Origin: Sphagnum compactum
Lineage: Eukaryota
Assembly (NCBI GenBank): GCA_965153455.1
Contig: OZ234494.1
Coordinates: 2,356,001-2,420,000, forward strand
Length of the DNA stretch: 64,000 nucleotides
Direction: 5' to 3'
Shown here piece by piece: positions 14,969 through 28,800 of this stretch. The position numbers and the translations under genes are program-made. How positions within the stretch are numbered: the stretch's first letter is position 1; each line of letters starts with the position of its first letter. The notes under the pieces were generated by a model, which saw nothing but the letters and a program-made list of their open reading frames with translations, searched no databases and was not told where the DNA came from.

Positions 14969-15571
14969 CTTCTTCTTCGTCTCGCTTCGCGCTTCACAAC
15001 ATCAGCGCTCTTTCTTCTTGGTGCATTTTCTTAGTTGGGTTCCTTTGATTTTCTGTCGTGTAGGAGCTCGCATTGACGTAGCAGTTGCCAACAGCAGGTT
15101 TCTGGTGGTATACAGGCATCTTCGACACCAGCGCAAACGTTTTCTTTCCTTTTGCAGGTATGTATGTGCTTTGTTTTCGTTTGGTTGGTTCTTTTCCATG
15201 ATATGCATCATAGCACCATCATGGGACAAATTTCTCCTCTTCCTCCTCTCCCTCTTTCTTTTATTTGGTTTAATGCCGCACTTGACTTTCTGGGAAATTC
15301 TTTTCGCATATGAGAGCTGAAGAGCATTACCGGTGGAGTATGGCCGTGTGCTCAGAGTCCAATGCATAAGCACACGTAGTTGTGTGTTTCAAATTTACCG
15401 AATACCTGGTTTTAATTTCTTTGTATTCATGGTTTCTCTGTCTCTGTCTGTGTTCCTCTCTCTCTCTCTCTCTCGCTTTTCAATTCTAGGGTTAGGGTTT
15501 GTGGTCTTGGACCTGATGTACTCGTGTGTGCTGCAGCAGGGTTGTCTGTCTTTGAGTGGAGCAATACAGAA

Positions 15572-18500
15572 ATGGGAGGAACGGGACCCTCGGGCGGTTT
15601 TGATATTCACAACTTGTTCAATGGGGCACCTCCAGGACCTTACCCACCACAATATCCTTCACACCATGCATTTCCGTCTGGTCAATATCCTACTGCAAGT
15701 AACTTCTCTTCCAATGCAAGCTCATTCTCAAGCATACCTGTACAGTCTTACCAATATGGAGCTGGACCACAGCAGCAGCAGCAGCAGGGGCTATCCCCTT
15801 TGTATCACCCTTATATGCCGTATCCACAGGAACATGGATCCAGGCCACAGTCACCATACACTTCGAGTGCTTTCAGTATGCAACAGCAACAATCACAACA
15901 GTTTTCACAACCTTCCCTTCCTGTTTCTCATCTTTCACAGCCCAGTCCCCCACTCTCTTCACTCCCAAGGTCTCCAATGGTGCACATTAGTAGTAGCCCA
16001 AGTCCAGCTTCAGCATCACCACTGGATGGTGCCCGTCTTATGGCTCTCTTGACCACACACTCAGGAGGTGAGAGTCCAAGCAAAGAGGATGAAACTCTGG
16101 CTTCTGTTGCAGGACCACCTCAAAATGCCATGGACCATCCTCGCTCTTCACATGCAAGTGCACCAGAGGTTTCTGTTCCCCCGCCTGCCATAGCACTGGC
16201 AATGCCAACTGCTCCGCCTGTAAATTTGGTGCTCTCTTCTGGATCTTCCAGATTTTCCAGTAACAAACTCCCAAAAGGTCGGGCTCTGAGAGGAGAACAT
16301 GTTGTATATGATGTGGATGTGCGGAGGAGTGGGGAAGCCCAACCACAGCTTGAAGTTAGCCCAATTACTGTTTACACATCTGATCCAGTTCTGTTAATGG
16401 GAAGGCAGATAGCAGTAAACAGGAGATACATATGCTATGGGTTGCGAGGAGGCAATATTAGAATTCTCAATGTCAACACAGCTTTGCGAGCCCTGCTTCG
16501 TGGTCACACCCAGGTATAGGAGGGGCCTGCCATAGAATTTCTATGTACTCATCAGCATTTGGGCCATGATTTGCATTGCATTCCTTTCCAGTTTTCTCTT
16601 AAGGGGTCAGGCCTAATATGAGCATTTAGAAGCTTCACCTTTCTTTGTGGGATGGTTGTCTTACTGTTTTCTCTTTTGGTGACAGAGGGTGACAGATATG
16701 TCTTTCTTTGGGGAGGATGTGCATCTGCTTGCAAGGTATACCTTACTTCCATGTTACTTGACCTTTGTGATGTCTGTTATTCCTTGATGCACTAGATTGT
16801 TTTATGTCTGCCAAGTCAAAACCTGGTTGTCCAGAATGGGTGCCACTCTTATATATATCTCTCAACTAAGGCTTTTTCTGGATGCAAGGTGGAGGGGTTT
16901 ACATTGTTTCCTGTGTAATCCAGTGCAAGTGCAGATGGTCGTATTCTGGTTCGGAAGATTGTGGAGGGACAGTACGAGGATGCCAAATTAATCATATCAG
17001 ACCAGACTTTGCTGGCTATCCAAATAGTTGGTGACTGGGATTCTTGTCATCCCCATGTTTGCTGGCATTCACAGATCCAGGTGTCTGTCTTTTCTCCTTG
17101 GAGTTCATCATCGAGCAATTAGTTATCATTGCAAAGTGTTGTGCAGGTTATTTTGCAATAAGTGGGCAACATAAATCCTCACTCTTGCTGTATTGAAGGC
17201 ATGGAAGTCCTTTTTTCATTATTCTCAATGAACACCTTTGCCTTCCTGATTAATGTGGGTTGATGGGATCTTCTTGAATAGTTTACTTTTGTTTCGATGT
17301 GGAGGTTGGAGATATAAATATATGTGTTCTGGATCTGAGCCTGAATTGTTCTATGCATGCAGGATGTCCTGTTTGTGGCCATTGGCAAGTTTGTGTTGAC
17401 AATTGACATAGGCAAGGTGCGGCAGAAAGTAACTCCAGTAGGGTTCAATGTGGAGCAGCCAATAGTTTGTCAGGTTGAGAGTCCATTAGAAGGTGTCCAG
17501 GTGGTGGGTGTTCACGAGGAACAAGTCACTGACCTTGCGGTTCCTTCTTTTGGTTCCTCCTGTGTGGCATCAGCCTCTCAGGATGGCACGGTGAGTCATT
17601 CTCTCCTTCTTTAGCTGCCTACTGATATGTTTTCTGCTACATATGCTTCATGAGGCAGATTCACAGGCAAGATCGCATGTGTTCAGGAATTGACTATCTT
17701 TCCTTCTTAATGTTCGGTACATACTTACACCCTATAGTGTAACCTGAAATGCTGTTCTTTTTTGTGTTCTTGGGGTTATTTTTTTACCAGATGCGGATCT
17801 GGGGAGACAAAACAAGGAGCCTCTTGTTAAGCACTGTGCCACATGGTAGGGAGTCTGTGAGTGCGGTTGCCTTTTTGTCAGCACCACACTCCCCTGATCA
17901 TCATGCCATCCTTACTGCGGTACAATTTATATTTTTTCGGTTTGTGTTGGTTCTTTGCCTTGTTGTTGTACATTACAAGAGGCTGGTTGAGAAATGGGCA
18001 CCATCTCATTTGGCAGACAAGTAAACTGTTTTGCTTGAACAGGCTTACTAAACTCTATATTGCGCAATTTGGCAGGGTCCCCTGAATCGTGTGCTAAAAC
18101 TATGGGCATCAACTAGCTTCCCAGAAGAATCAGCGTCAAAACTCAAGACAGGAACATGGTGTTGCATTCAGACACTGGAATTTCAGAGCTCATCTGCTGA
18201 GGGCAAACTTGAGAATGCTTTTTTTAACCAACTGGTGGTAGCACCTCGGGCCAGCCTCATCTTGTTGGCAAATGCAAAGAAGAATGCTATCTATGCAGTG
18301 CATGTTGAGTTTGGGGTTGGGTCAGTTCCTGCCAAATTGAACTATTTGGCAGAGTTTTCAGTGACATTCCCCATTCTTAGCCTCACAGTCGGAGAAGAGA
18401 CAGAGGGCACTGTCCAAGTGTACTGTGTGCAAACACAAGCCATACAGCAGTATACCCTAGATGTGTCGCAGTGTCTGCCTCCTCCCAATGAAGAATACAG

Positions 18501-21500
18501 CTCAGAGCCTCTGTCAAGAGTGGAGAAAGGCCCAGTTTTGCCACAGGCATACGATGCTGCTCGAGTGTCAGCTAGTGACAAGGGGGAAGCAGATTTCCTG
18601 GAGTTGGGGAGTACAACAGCACCTGCAAGGACTGGTCCCAGTGCAAGCATTCCAGCACGAAGCATAACTGCTTCATCAGCTTTCGGTAGTCCTGTTGAGG
18701 TTGGCCACAGGGAGGTCTTGCATGTGGTTACAGAGAGGGCCGAAGCATTGGATATGACCAAGCTGACTACAGTTGTTCCTGTAAATGAAATTGTTGATGA
18801 TTTTGGGAAGCGCACATCTGAACTAACATCAGCAAATCAGACCACCAGAGTCTCTGTATCTCAGGTGGCCACAATGCCAATGAATCAAACAGAGGTTGCA
18901 CCAGCTAGTAGTATCACAAAGCCACCACAACCATCAAAGAGACGGTCACGTTCAAAGAGTCCAACAAAACCAGATATGCAGTATGTGCCTGTAATCACAG
19001 CTTCTTCAACTCAAGTGATTGAGAAGCTGGAGAAGCCCTCAGATAGCTGGCTGGAACAAAAAACACCTAAGGACAAGGCAACTCCAGAGAGAGCTCATGC
19101 CTCTTCCAGCAGCAATTCTTTGAGAGGTGATGTTCTAGGTGATGTTCTAAGTAGAGAGGAAAGAGAAGGGTTCTCAGGTACCAGCAGTGCGAATTCTGGT
19201 GTTCAACTTCATCACTTGATTACCCCTTTTGAGCTTATGAATCTTGCAACTAGTTCTAATTCATTCAACACCCACAGTGTCCAAACACCAGGTGCTCAAC
19301 AGGAGCTTATCATAAAGGACAGAAATGCAGAGGATGCAAAACGGTCTTTTGATGTGGAGGGTTTGAATACAACTAATACACTGATAGACTTGAAAACAAC
19401 AGAGGCTGTGGAGTCAGAGGGCCTAGATCTCAGAGGGAAAGATTCCTTGCAGTCAGAATCCAATGAAGTCTTGCATGTTGGGGCACGTACTGAATATAAT
19501 GGGAAAGACGAGGAAAGTCAACCTAAGCCTCGCTTTCTTGACATGTACCGGAAGGAGGAGAGTGTACAGGTTGAAGAGGGAGTCTTTTTGGAGGATAGGG
19601 AGCTTCCTATGAGTGTACCTGTTGATGTAGCGCATGAGCAGTCAAGAGACACAGCCTTCAGAGAAACAGGTTCTGTTCCTCTACCTTCCCAGATATCTGC
19701 AATTGCAAAGGGGAGGAAGAACAAGAACAAGACATATGATGGTGGGGTTGAGCCTGCAGCAGCGCAGTCATCTCACCAACTACCAGATCTACTGACTCCT
19801 GGAACAATGCCAGAGGTGGAGACTTCCTACAATGTGAACTCAGATCCCTTGGACCCTAGACTGGCTGCACAGGTGGCCACAATGCAGGATGCACTGAACC
19901 AGGTATTGAAATCTTGTTTCTTTCTTCTTCTTGCTGGAAGTGGCTACAAACGTATTTTCTGGGGGTTGGAAATAGGCTGGTGGGCAGGCTTGGGTTTTGT
20001 TGCTTGCATCTGTGCAGCCTTAATCTGGTAGGTTAGTCAAATTGGTGTGCCCAGAACTGCCTTGTCTCTGATAAACAGTGCATGAAGTCATAGATGTTAG
20101 GTTCTTATATATCAACAATTATCTCAAGGTGCATTTGTCTGTTCTTTTGGCGACAGTTGCCAGTCAAATTCTTGCACATATGTGCTAAAGTTCAGTTTTT
20201 GCTGTTCAACATGGAGCTCTACTGAGAATAGTTGGCTGGTATGGTCGGTCTGTTGGTTGGGTTTTTGTGCTATTCAGTTGGTTTCCATGCAAAAGGAGTT
20301 GCACAAGCAAATGACTGTTATGGTCGCAGTGCCGGTTGCCAAGGAGGGTAAACGCATGGAAGGTAATGCCCAGTGGCAATTTCATCAACAATTCTCCTAA
20401 GCTAGCCAACCAGAGCTGATGGGCATGGGTTATCTGCTAGAACTCTCTGTGTGTTCCTCATGTACTGTTGGATCAGAGGTTAGAAGATGGGAATCATGTG
20501 AGTGGGAGGTTCTAATGTTTCGGTTACATTTCTCTCAGCTGCATTGGGGCAGCGGATGGAGAAGGTTCTCAAGGCTCACGTCGATGCTATGTGGGCACGA
20601 CTAGCAGAGGAGAGTGCGAAGAGGGAGAAGCTGGAGCGTGAAAGGGTCCAGCAGGTCACTACACTCCTCACAAATTTCATGAGCAAGGATATGCCAGTTG
20701 CTCTAGAACGAGGCTTCAAGAAGGAATTTGCTGCCATCGGTCCAGCTGTTGCTCAGGCAGTCCTGCCTCCACTTCAGAATGTAGTTGCTACAACTGTCTC
20801 TGAATCTTTCCAGGTAAGTTTTTCTCTTGGTCTGACTTCTTCCATGTTTGACCTCTGATCTCGGTGGATTGTGTTATGCATCTCCTGAACTCTATGGGCA
20901 CCACTTTCTGGGAAATTTTCCTTATTTTTGTTGTGTCTTCTTCTCTTATTCCAAACTGGGATGGGCACTAAGATTGCAAGTTTTCTCCAAAAATAGTTAT
21001 ATGAGTAAATGTGTGTTCCAGGACACAAGTCAGCAAGCTTATTTGGGAGGGACCAAGATAGTTGAACCAACCAAGTCTTCACATTCTGAACTGAAGGTAG
21101 AAAATTGTGGGTGGGTGGTGGGCTGTCTGGACAGAAGGGTGTCACAGAGAGAATGTTTCCACAGCTGGAAAAATCGGTCGGAGCTAAATTGGAGGGGACA
21201 GTAGGCCGACAACTGCAGACACAGTTTCAAACTATTGGTCGCCAGGCACTTCAGGTCAGATCACATGGTATCTTTTTGTGATGGTCATTAGGTGTGAATA
21301 TTGGGCATGAACATGGAACCCTAAACAGGTTGTCCTGTGGTTTTACCTGTCAGTCTCATGGTGGTCCACATGTCAATCTTACCCATGACAGCTTGTGATG
21401 TGATATGGTTCAGGAGGCTCTGCGAACATGCTTTGAGAGCACAGTCATCCCATCATTTGAACGTTCATGCCGGTCCATGTTTGAGCAAGTTGAATCTTCT

Positions 21501-22766
21501 TTCCGGCATGGCATGGCTGAGTACACCTCCCGTGCTCAGCAAGAACTTGCCTCTTCACACTCAGCTCTTGCATCTACCCTGCAGGTTGGCTTCTGCTCAG
21601 AAAGTTGTCTGTTTCTCCTTGTGTTTTGGACATTGTATCAGTAGGCTGCCAGTGAACTCAATTGTTAAGAAGGTTTCACATTCTGGTGTCATTGGTCTGT
21701 CTTCTACGGAGTTGCCTAGGCAATTAGGCCAAGCACATTGTGTCATCAAACATTTTCAAAGTCTTTAGACAATTATGACTAGTCCTTACATTAGCTTGCT
21801 TGGAATTTGGGGTTCTGCAGGAGACAGTGGCCTCAGCATCATCGCTTGCAAATGATTTGAAGGGCGAGTTAGCAGAGGGTCAAAGGAATCTAGTAGCTCT
21901 TGCAGAGAATGCGAGTGCAAGTGGAGTACACAGCTCACTCATAGCCAAGCAGATGAGCCTCCCAGACAAGGTTATTATCCAACATTTCTCTTGCTGAAGT
22001 TGTCATCAGCATTGTTGGTGACTGGCTGCTATCCTTGTTATGTACAATTCTATTCTTCTCTTTTGGCTTGGAAACATCCAAATCTATGCTTGGCCAGAGT
22101 CTGTAATATCAGTGGGTAAACTCCAAATTGATGGTGTGAGATTGTTGGGTGTCTTGGACCTGTTTATGGTGGAGTTGTCAAGTTATTGATTTGGGCATGG
22201 TGTATGTAGGTGCTATCACTGCAACATCTGGAGGAATCTCTTGACCCAACAATTGAGCTAACGAGACTTGTCAGTGAGCACAAACTGGAAGAAGCCTTCA
22301 ACAAGGCACTCTCTCTCAGCAATGTGGCAATTGTCTCCTGGTTGTGCATGCAGGTATATATTCGTGGACCTGCAGATTTCTTCCATCTTTTGATCACATG
22401 TACCACTGCGCAAATGTGATTTTATGACAAACATGTGCTGTTGGTTTTTTTTCTTGGCAGCTCAATGAGACAGTGGTCTTTTCAACAGTACCTTTGCCGT
22501 TAAGCCAAGGAGTTGTTTTGTCACTTGTGCAACAGCTGGGCTGTGATTTGAGCAATGACACAGGACGCAAGCTTTCATGGATTCGTGAAGCTGCATTGGC
22601 TCTTAACCCTAATGACCCAGTGTTAGCCCCACACATGCGACCTTTTTTGGAACAGCTGTACCAAAATTTGCATCATCAAATGATCCACACGACTGTTCCA
22701 GGGGATCAAGCCAATCTGAGGCTTGTAATCCATGTTGTCAATTCCTTGTTAACAACTTATAAGTGA
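15572..22766 (+). CDS. VCS: Enhancer of mRNA-decapping protein 4 / VARICOSE (WD40 + coiled-coil P-body scaffold), ~1527 aa
   Basis: Exons: 15572-16513, 16686-16735, 16924-17080, 17363-17590, 17791-17919, 18076-19902, 20278-20362, 20539-20813, 21135-21254, 21414-21584, 21821-21970, 22210-22353, 22461-22766. All introns are GT-AG, phases agree, total 4584 nt. Diagnostic VCS segments: [112 protein letters not shown]. Confidence 0.95.
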
Positions 22767-24441
22767 GGAAGAAGTATGAATGGCAGACTCAGATGAAGAA
22801 ACTGAAAAGGGAGAGAGATACTGCAACTTTTTCCAGCTGCACTACTTCAGTGACTATCTCGTGTACTCTGGGGTGCCCTTATGTTCTGTAATCTGTAGCC
22901 CCCCTTCTTGGTGGAGGATATTCCAGATTCTGTGATGCAGACACAAAAGACAAGGACCCAGTTTCTGGTCCTTATCAAATTGCTGTCTGACCAATTCACC
23001 CATGTGTAATACGAGGCTCTTTCACTATGAGGGCTATGGTAGCTTGTTATGGACAATCTATCAGGCCCATTGTAGGTCGATCACGTGTAGTGAAACTTGC
23101 TTGCCTTTCTTCGAGTGTTTCTGTAAACTCTTAGACAAGGCAAAAAGCAAATTAAGCTATGGACAAATATTGCGTTTTTCATCACTCTTTTGGAGAGAAA
23201 AGCACTGGTCAAAGATTGGGGGGTTATGTAAGCTTGTAGCCCCCAACATCTTCCAAACTCCTCGATTACTGTTCCAAGTTTTGTAATGAAATAGTGTACA
23301 TGGATAGTTTTTTCATTTCTAAACTCGACCTAGAGGAACTGAGATCAGCTTGTACTTGCAGGACTGGAGAATAGGAAATTGGGTCAAATCTAGCAGTGTA
23401 ATGCACAGACCAGGACTAAAGTAGGAAAGCAAGAGAGATCACAAGGAACTGTGATATACAGAGAAGTATGAATTCCTCTTTGCTGATTACAAATTCTGAA
23501 AGGATTACTAACAGTTGGTTCTGCTGGTACACTCTTGTGAGGTGTTTTGTAGGTAACGCCGCATGATCCCCGGACCTAAAGTGGATAGGTATGTGTTTCT
23601 TACTGTCCTTCATCTCTTTCTGTTCTGCTATAGCTGGGTATTTATTGCAGCAGTCTGTTAACAAATTTGGATCTGCAATTGTGTTTTTCCTAATATCAGC
23701 AAATCAATACACAATTTGGTTAAGAGACTTGGATAAAAACGGACTTCATTGAATAAGGCAAAGCAATGCACTTACTAGTTCAATGTTTTTGTGGCATAGA
23801 TGATGCATGGAGATTGTGGGTTCCTAATGCCCCCCGCATGTGATGTTTTGTAGTAGAATACCATGATATTGGGATATCTGCAAAAACAAGAAAAACTAGA
23901 ACTATCTCCACAAATACAAGGAATGAGGTTAAGGGATAGTATTAAACCTTGTCATCTTTCTTCTTAAATGCAAGTGGTAATGTGATACTATTTTTTCATG
24001 TGGGTAGGCATCTGAGTAAGCGGATCATTCAAAATTGTTCTAAATCTGATATCTTTGTGGAAATGGCTTCATTAATTTGTATGTTAAATGTGGGGAAATG
24101 CTCTTTACTTCGACAATATTCCAGAGCGAAAGTAGCTGGAACTTGGTGCCGCTCCTAGCTTTCAGCACTAAAGGGGGTGAGAGAGGCATGCTGAAAGCTT
24201 CGGGATTAGACTAGGAAAAGGGACAATGTATTTAGTTACTCGATTCTGCATCAAAATCACTCTTGGTGTTGGGACATCATTGCTAAAAGAAGACATTTGA
24301 AAATGTTGCCTATGATCAAAATCTTTTGTATTTGAGGACAAGCACATCAATTGTACATCAATTGTAATATAAAAAATATAGTAAATGGGGGATGAGACAA
24401 CTCATGGAAATGAGACAATGGGTGAACTTAAGGAAGACTAA

Positions 24442-24906
24442 GGCCCACTTTAAACGAGGGTCAAGGGTCCAATTTCCTAGGAGCCAATTCGGACTGATTT
24501 GAAGCAAATTGAATCCTTGAGTTGGATTGTACCTCGGTCCCTAGCCTGATTCTTGGTTCTCCAAATCAGAAGCTCTCCTTTTAACACTATTTTTGGGTCC
24601 AATTTCCTAGGAGCCAATTCGGACTGATTTGAAGCAAATTGAATCCTTGAGTTGGATTGTACCTTGGTCCCTAGCCTGATTCTTGGTTCTCCAAATCAGA
24701 AGCTCTCCTTTTAACACTATTTTTTGGTCCCGACCAAATTGATTTTCCCTCCAAAACAAGTGCCATGTAGGTTTAGCGTCAATTTGCCGCTTTTTGGTCT
24801 TTGACCCTCATCTAAAAGCCTTGGGGGAGCAATTTAAAGCTTTTGACCAATAAGATTGCTTGAATTCATTGGTTCCTGGACCTTGGACCCTCATCTAAAG
24901 TCGCCC
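24442..24906. mobile_element. MITE, probably PIF/Harbinger (Tourist-like)
   Basis: 29-bp terminal inverted repeats: ggcccactttaaacgagggtcaagggtcc (24442-24470) versus the reverse complement of 24878-24906, 23/29 matches. Flanked by TAA on the left and TAC on the right. No ORF. Contains an internal 130-bp tandem duplication. Confidence 0.65.
24465..24730. repeat. Near-perfect 130-bp tandem duplication (2 copies)
   Basis: aatttcctaggagccaattcgg... occurs at 24471 and 24601. The copies differ at very few positions (for example cctcgg vs ccttgg). Confidence 0.95.
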
Positions 24907-25029
24907 TACTAAGCTTGACTCTACTCCTTTTGGGAAGTTGGGCAAATAACTTGGGGAAAGTGGGACAAGAGGTGAACTTGGAGGAGTGGGAGAATGGACA
25001 AATACAAAGAAGGCGATGAATGAATGAAT

Positions 25030-25170
25030 GGATGAACATGGGGGAAGTTTAACAATGGTGAATTTAGGGAAATGGGCAATGGATGAACCCTTGGAAGTTG
25101 GATGAACATGGGGGAAGTTTAACAATGGTGAATTTAGGGAAATGGGCAATGGATGAACCCTTGGAAGTTG
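25030..25170. repeat. Perfect 70-bp tandem duplication (2 copies)
   Basis: gatgaacatgggggaagtttaacaatggtgaatttagggaaatgggcaatggatgaacccttggaagttg occurs at 25031 and 25101. Confidence 0.95.
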
Positions 25171-25820
25171 GGGCCAACGTCCTTAAGTAGCTGAGATAAT
25201 GGATGAACTTTTGATAATAGAATCCAAAAAAAAGCTTGGATAATGGATGAAAATGGGATTAGTTCAAAGATAGAAAATCATTTATTTCATCATGTCCCAG
25301 GCCCTTAAAATTGAACCTTCCCAATTTCATTCATTATCCAAGTTTCTCAACTTTTTGAATTATTATTATTATTTATTCTCATCCCATTGTCAAAATTTAG
25401 AAAAATTATACACCATTTTCCACAAGCTAGTATTTATATAAAAAAAAAGGTTAATTGTTTGTGAAAGTGTATGTATGCTATAAAGTTGTTCCAAAAATTC
25501 ATCCATCCATCCATCCATCCATCCATCGGAGTAGTGGACATCACCACTCCTCAAGCCCACAACAAGAACAGAGAGAAACCCCAGAAAGGGGGCGAGGGGG
25601 AGGAACACAACAAGAACAGAGAACAGACAAATAAAAGGGGCTTAAAGTCGAGAGATGATGAAGAACATTCCCAAAATGTGGAGCCGGACTTAGCTATCAC
25701 CCTCGCCCTGATGCCCGCCCAGCCTACGATCTTCCTTGAGCGTTGGAGCAGCAGCAGGAGGAGGAGGAGGCCGGAAGGGAGAGAGCGAGAGAGCGAGCGG
25801 GGGAGGGGCACGGTGCAGTG

Positions 25821-28800
25821 ATGGGGCCTTTGATGAGTGTGACGGAATTTCTTGAGCAATGCAAAGTGTCGGGCGACAGTGCGTACAGTGTAGTCAAGGT
25901 TGTGTTGGAGAGATTACGCAATCCGGAGACTCGAGTGTCGGCGCGTGTTCTTCTTGCAGCGGTAGAGAAACATGTTGCTCAGGAAGAGGAGAAGGAGAAG
26001 AAGGAGGGGGAATCCTGCGGAGTTGCTGTTGTTGACAGTTTGACTAAGTATCATTTCCGCATCCATCAGCTGTCGCTCACGGATTATGAAGGTATACCTA
26101 CCTACCGGTCGATCTACTTTGTGTGATTTGCTGCCGCTGTTCATGCCGCCTCTTGTTTTGTGTTGTTTTCCTCAACCCTTTCCATACTACTCCATTGCAT
26201 AATCAAGTCTTGTTGTCGATCTCTTCTTACATCTGGAGTTGCGGCATCTTGAGATTCTTCTTCGAGGGTATTGTGATGGTAAGTATCGGCTTGTCAGATC
26301 GGCTTTCCATTGCATCATGGACCCTTTCTTGCTTGCGGGGAATGAATAATTGAGATCTCTGCAAGCGATGGTATTGTTTTGGTAAACATCGGCCTGTGAA
26401 ATCGGCTTTGGAGCATCATGGAAAGCTTTGCTTGCTTGCTTGCGGGGAAGGAATGAAGAATGGAGAGATCTGTGCTAAAAGAAACTTTTTCCGCTTCCTC
26501 TCTCATAGGTTTCAGGGAGAACAGACAGAAGCTGACGCTGTTAGAATTGCCGAGTATTTTCGTTCCCGAGGATTGGTCCTTTACATTCTTCGAAGGCATC
26601 AACAGACATCCCGACACGGGCTTCCGAGATCGCGACGTTGCAGAGTTAGGTTGCGGGAATGGCTGGGTGTCTATCGCACTTGCAGAGCGTTGGTCTCCTC
26701 GCAAGGCAGGCCGGCCACCTCTCTAACACTAGATTTGATTCCCGTTGCATTTTGCCCTTTTTGTCCTTCCTGCCACCTAATTGTGTTTAGTAGTTGCTTG
26801 CACAGAATTTGTGATATTCTTCTCCTGCTCTTTGTGATGTGTCTCTTTCCAGTTTCCACCAGATATTGTCTCTTCCAATCTGCACCTCCTTCACATTAAC
26901 ATAAATGGTGGAATGAATAGATCTGCTGCTGCTGCTGATGGATCTGGAACAAGACGCATTCAAAATGTGGAAACCCTAAAGAGGGGTATAGATGTTCACT
27001 GAAGTTTGTTTGTCAGCTGCTGTTGCTGGAGGGGATTTCAGGTGTATGGACTGGACATAAATCCAAGGGCAATCAAGGTGGCGTGGATCAATCTTTTCTT
27101 GAATGCATTGAATGAGGACGGCTCGCCAGTTCTGGATCACGAAGGCAAGACACTTTTGGACAGAGTTGAATTCCATGTATCTGATCTACTTGCCTACTGC
27201 AGGGAGCATAACTTGATGCTTGACCGCATAATTGGATGTATACCTCAGGTATCTTTCTCTCTCTCCAACTTGCAGTTTTTGCTCCCTGTCTGCTGAAGCT
27301 CTTATCACAGTTTCTCGGAGGTGTTTGCAACTACTAGAAGTTGAGATTTCGGTCTTTTTTACTTCTAGTACAGTGAGATTGTATGCAAATCATTGGTCAT
27401 GGGTTTGAAAGGTTTGCACAGAAGAACACATCATGAATACACCGATATTGTAGTTGGACACTAAATGTCCACATGAGCTGCCACAGTTGTTGTTGCAGAA
27501 GAAAATAAAATAGAGGGTTTTTCTCCATCTGTTCCATGTGTTACTAGAAGTTTCATTTGTGGAAACTAAGGCTCATGGTGGTCTCTCTGTAGATCCTGAA
27601 TCCAGATCCAGGGGCCATGTCGAGAATTGTCTCAGAAAATGCCAGTGAGGAGTTTTTATACTCTCTCAGCAATTACTGTGGCCTTCAGGTAACACCATGC
27701 AGAGTCCAAATGCTTAATGTCTGAATACAAAGAGGATAGTGTCATATTTTGTGGATGCAGTTTCTGGAGAATTGAAATTGCAAGGCCATTTCAAAAGCAT
27801 CAAAGCCTCTATATCACTTTTGCGAGTCTTGTTGATGAGAGTGAGCCCCTGCAAAGTTATTCCTCCATCATATTTTGCAACCTCCCATTGCTGTGCCTCC
27901 CAACACTTGTTCTGTCCAAACTGGGCATAGGGTCTATGACCAAAAGGCTATATGCCTCTACCTCTTTCTTTTTCACTACTTCTTTCAGTTCATAACTTTG
28001 AGGATTTGGGTACTTCTGTTCCTCCCTCATGGCCTGGTTTGCTGTGCGTATATGAGCATTAATCAAACCTCTTTGTTGTGCAGGGATTTGTCGAAGATCA
28101 GTTTGGGTTGGGTTTAGTTGCAAGAGCTGCAGAAGAAGGGATATCCATTATCAAGCCCACAGGGGTAATGATTTTCAACATTGGGGGCCGACCTGGCCAA
28201 GCAGTAACTGAACGTGTCTTCAGCAGACGAGGTTTCCACATCACCAAACTATGGCAAACAAGAGTAAACCAGGTAAGTGCTTGATTCATACCCATATTAA
28301 GCAGCTCAGAAGAATGATGAATTACACTAACTAATTGGCAAATGAGGATGATTAGTGATTGGTATCATTTTATTGCATCAATTGGAGATAGCTGGCTGTC
28401 TGTTGCATAGTAGGTGTGGAACTGCTAATGTGGTCTTGTGACAAGTACACATGTCCAAGCATGGTGTGCAGCTGGTAGATTTTCCATTGTAATAACTTTG
28501 CTGGTGTACCAGTACATAGGTTTCTGGGTTTTGAAGAGGTTTGAAAATTGCCCCATCAGGCAGCAGACACAGACATCCTGGCACTAGTTGAGATTGAGAA
28601 GAACACCCGACACCGGTTTGAGTTCTTCATGGGCCGTGTCAGTGAGGAGCCCATCAGTGCACGCACAGCATGGGCTTACTTAAATTCTGGGGGGGAGATC
28701 TCCCATGGGCTGTCTGTATATGAGTGCAAACTCAGAATGCCAATCCAGGTAAACTGCAACTTCCGTTCGCTCATCTTGTGAGTGCCTATCCTCTTGCCCC

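Noticed and set aside
15333..16052. 239-aa alternative-frame ORF and other overlapping or antisense ORFs within the five genes
   Set aside because: They are shadow frames of real exons or run through introns, with no independent coding signal.
25743..25820. N-terminal extension of MMT from the ORF-track start
   Set aside because: The track start is TTG and the segment is a (GAG)/(GA) repeat leader. MMT-like sequence begins after the ATG at 25821.
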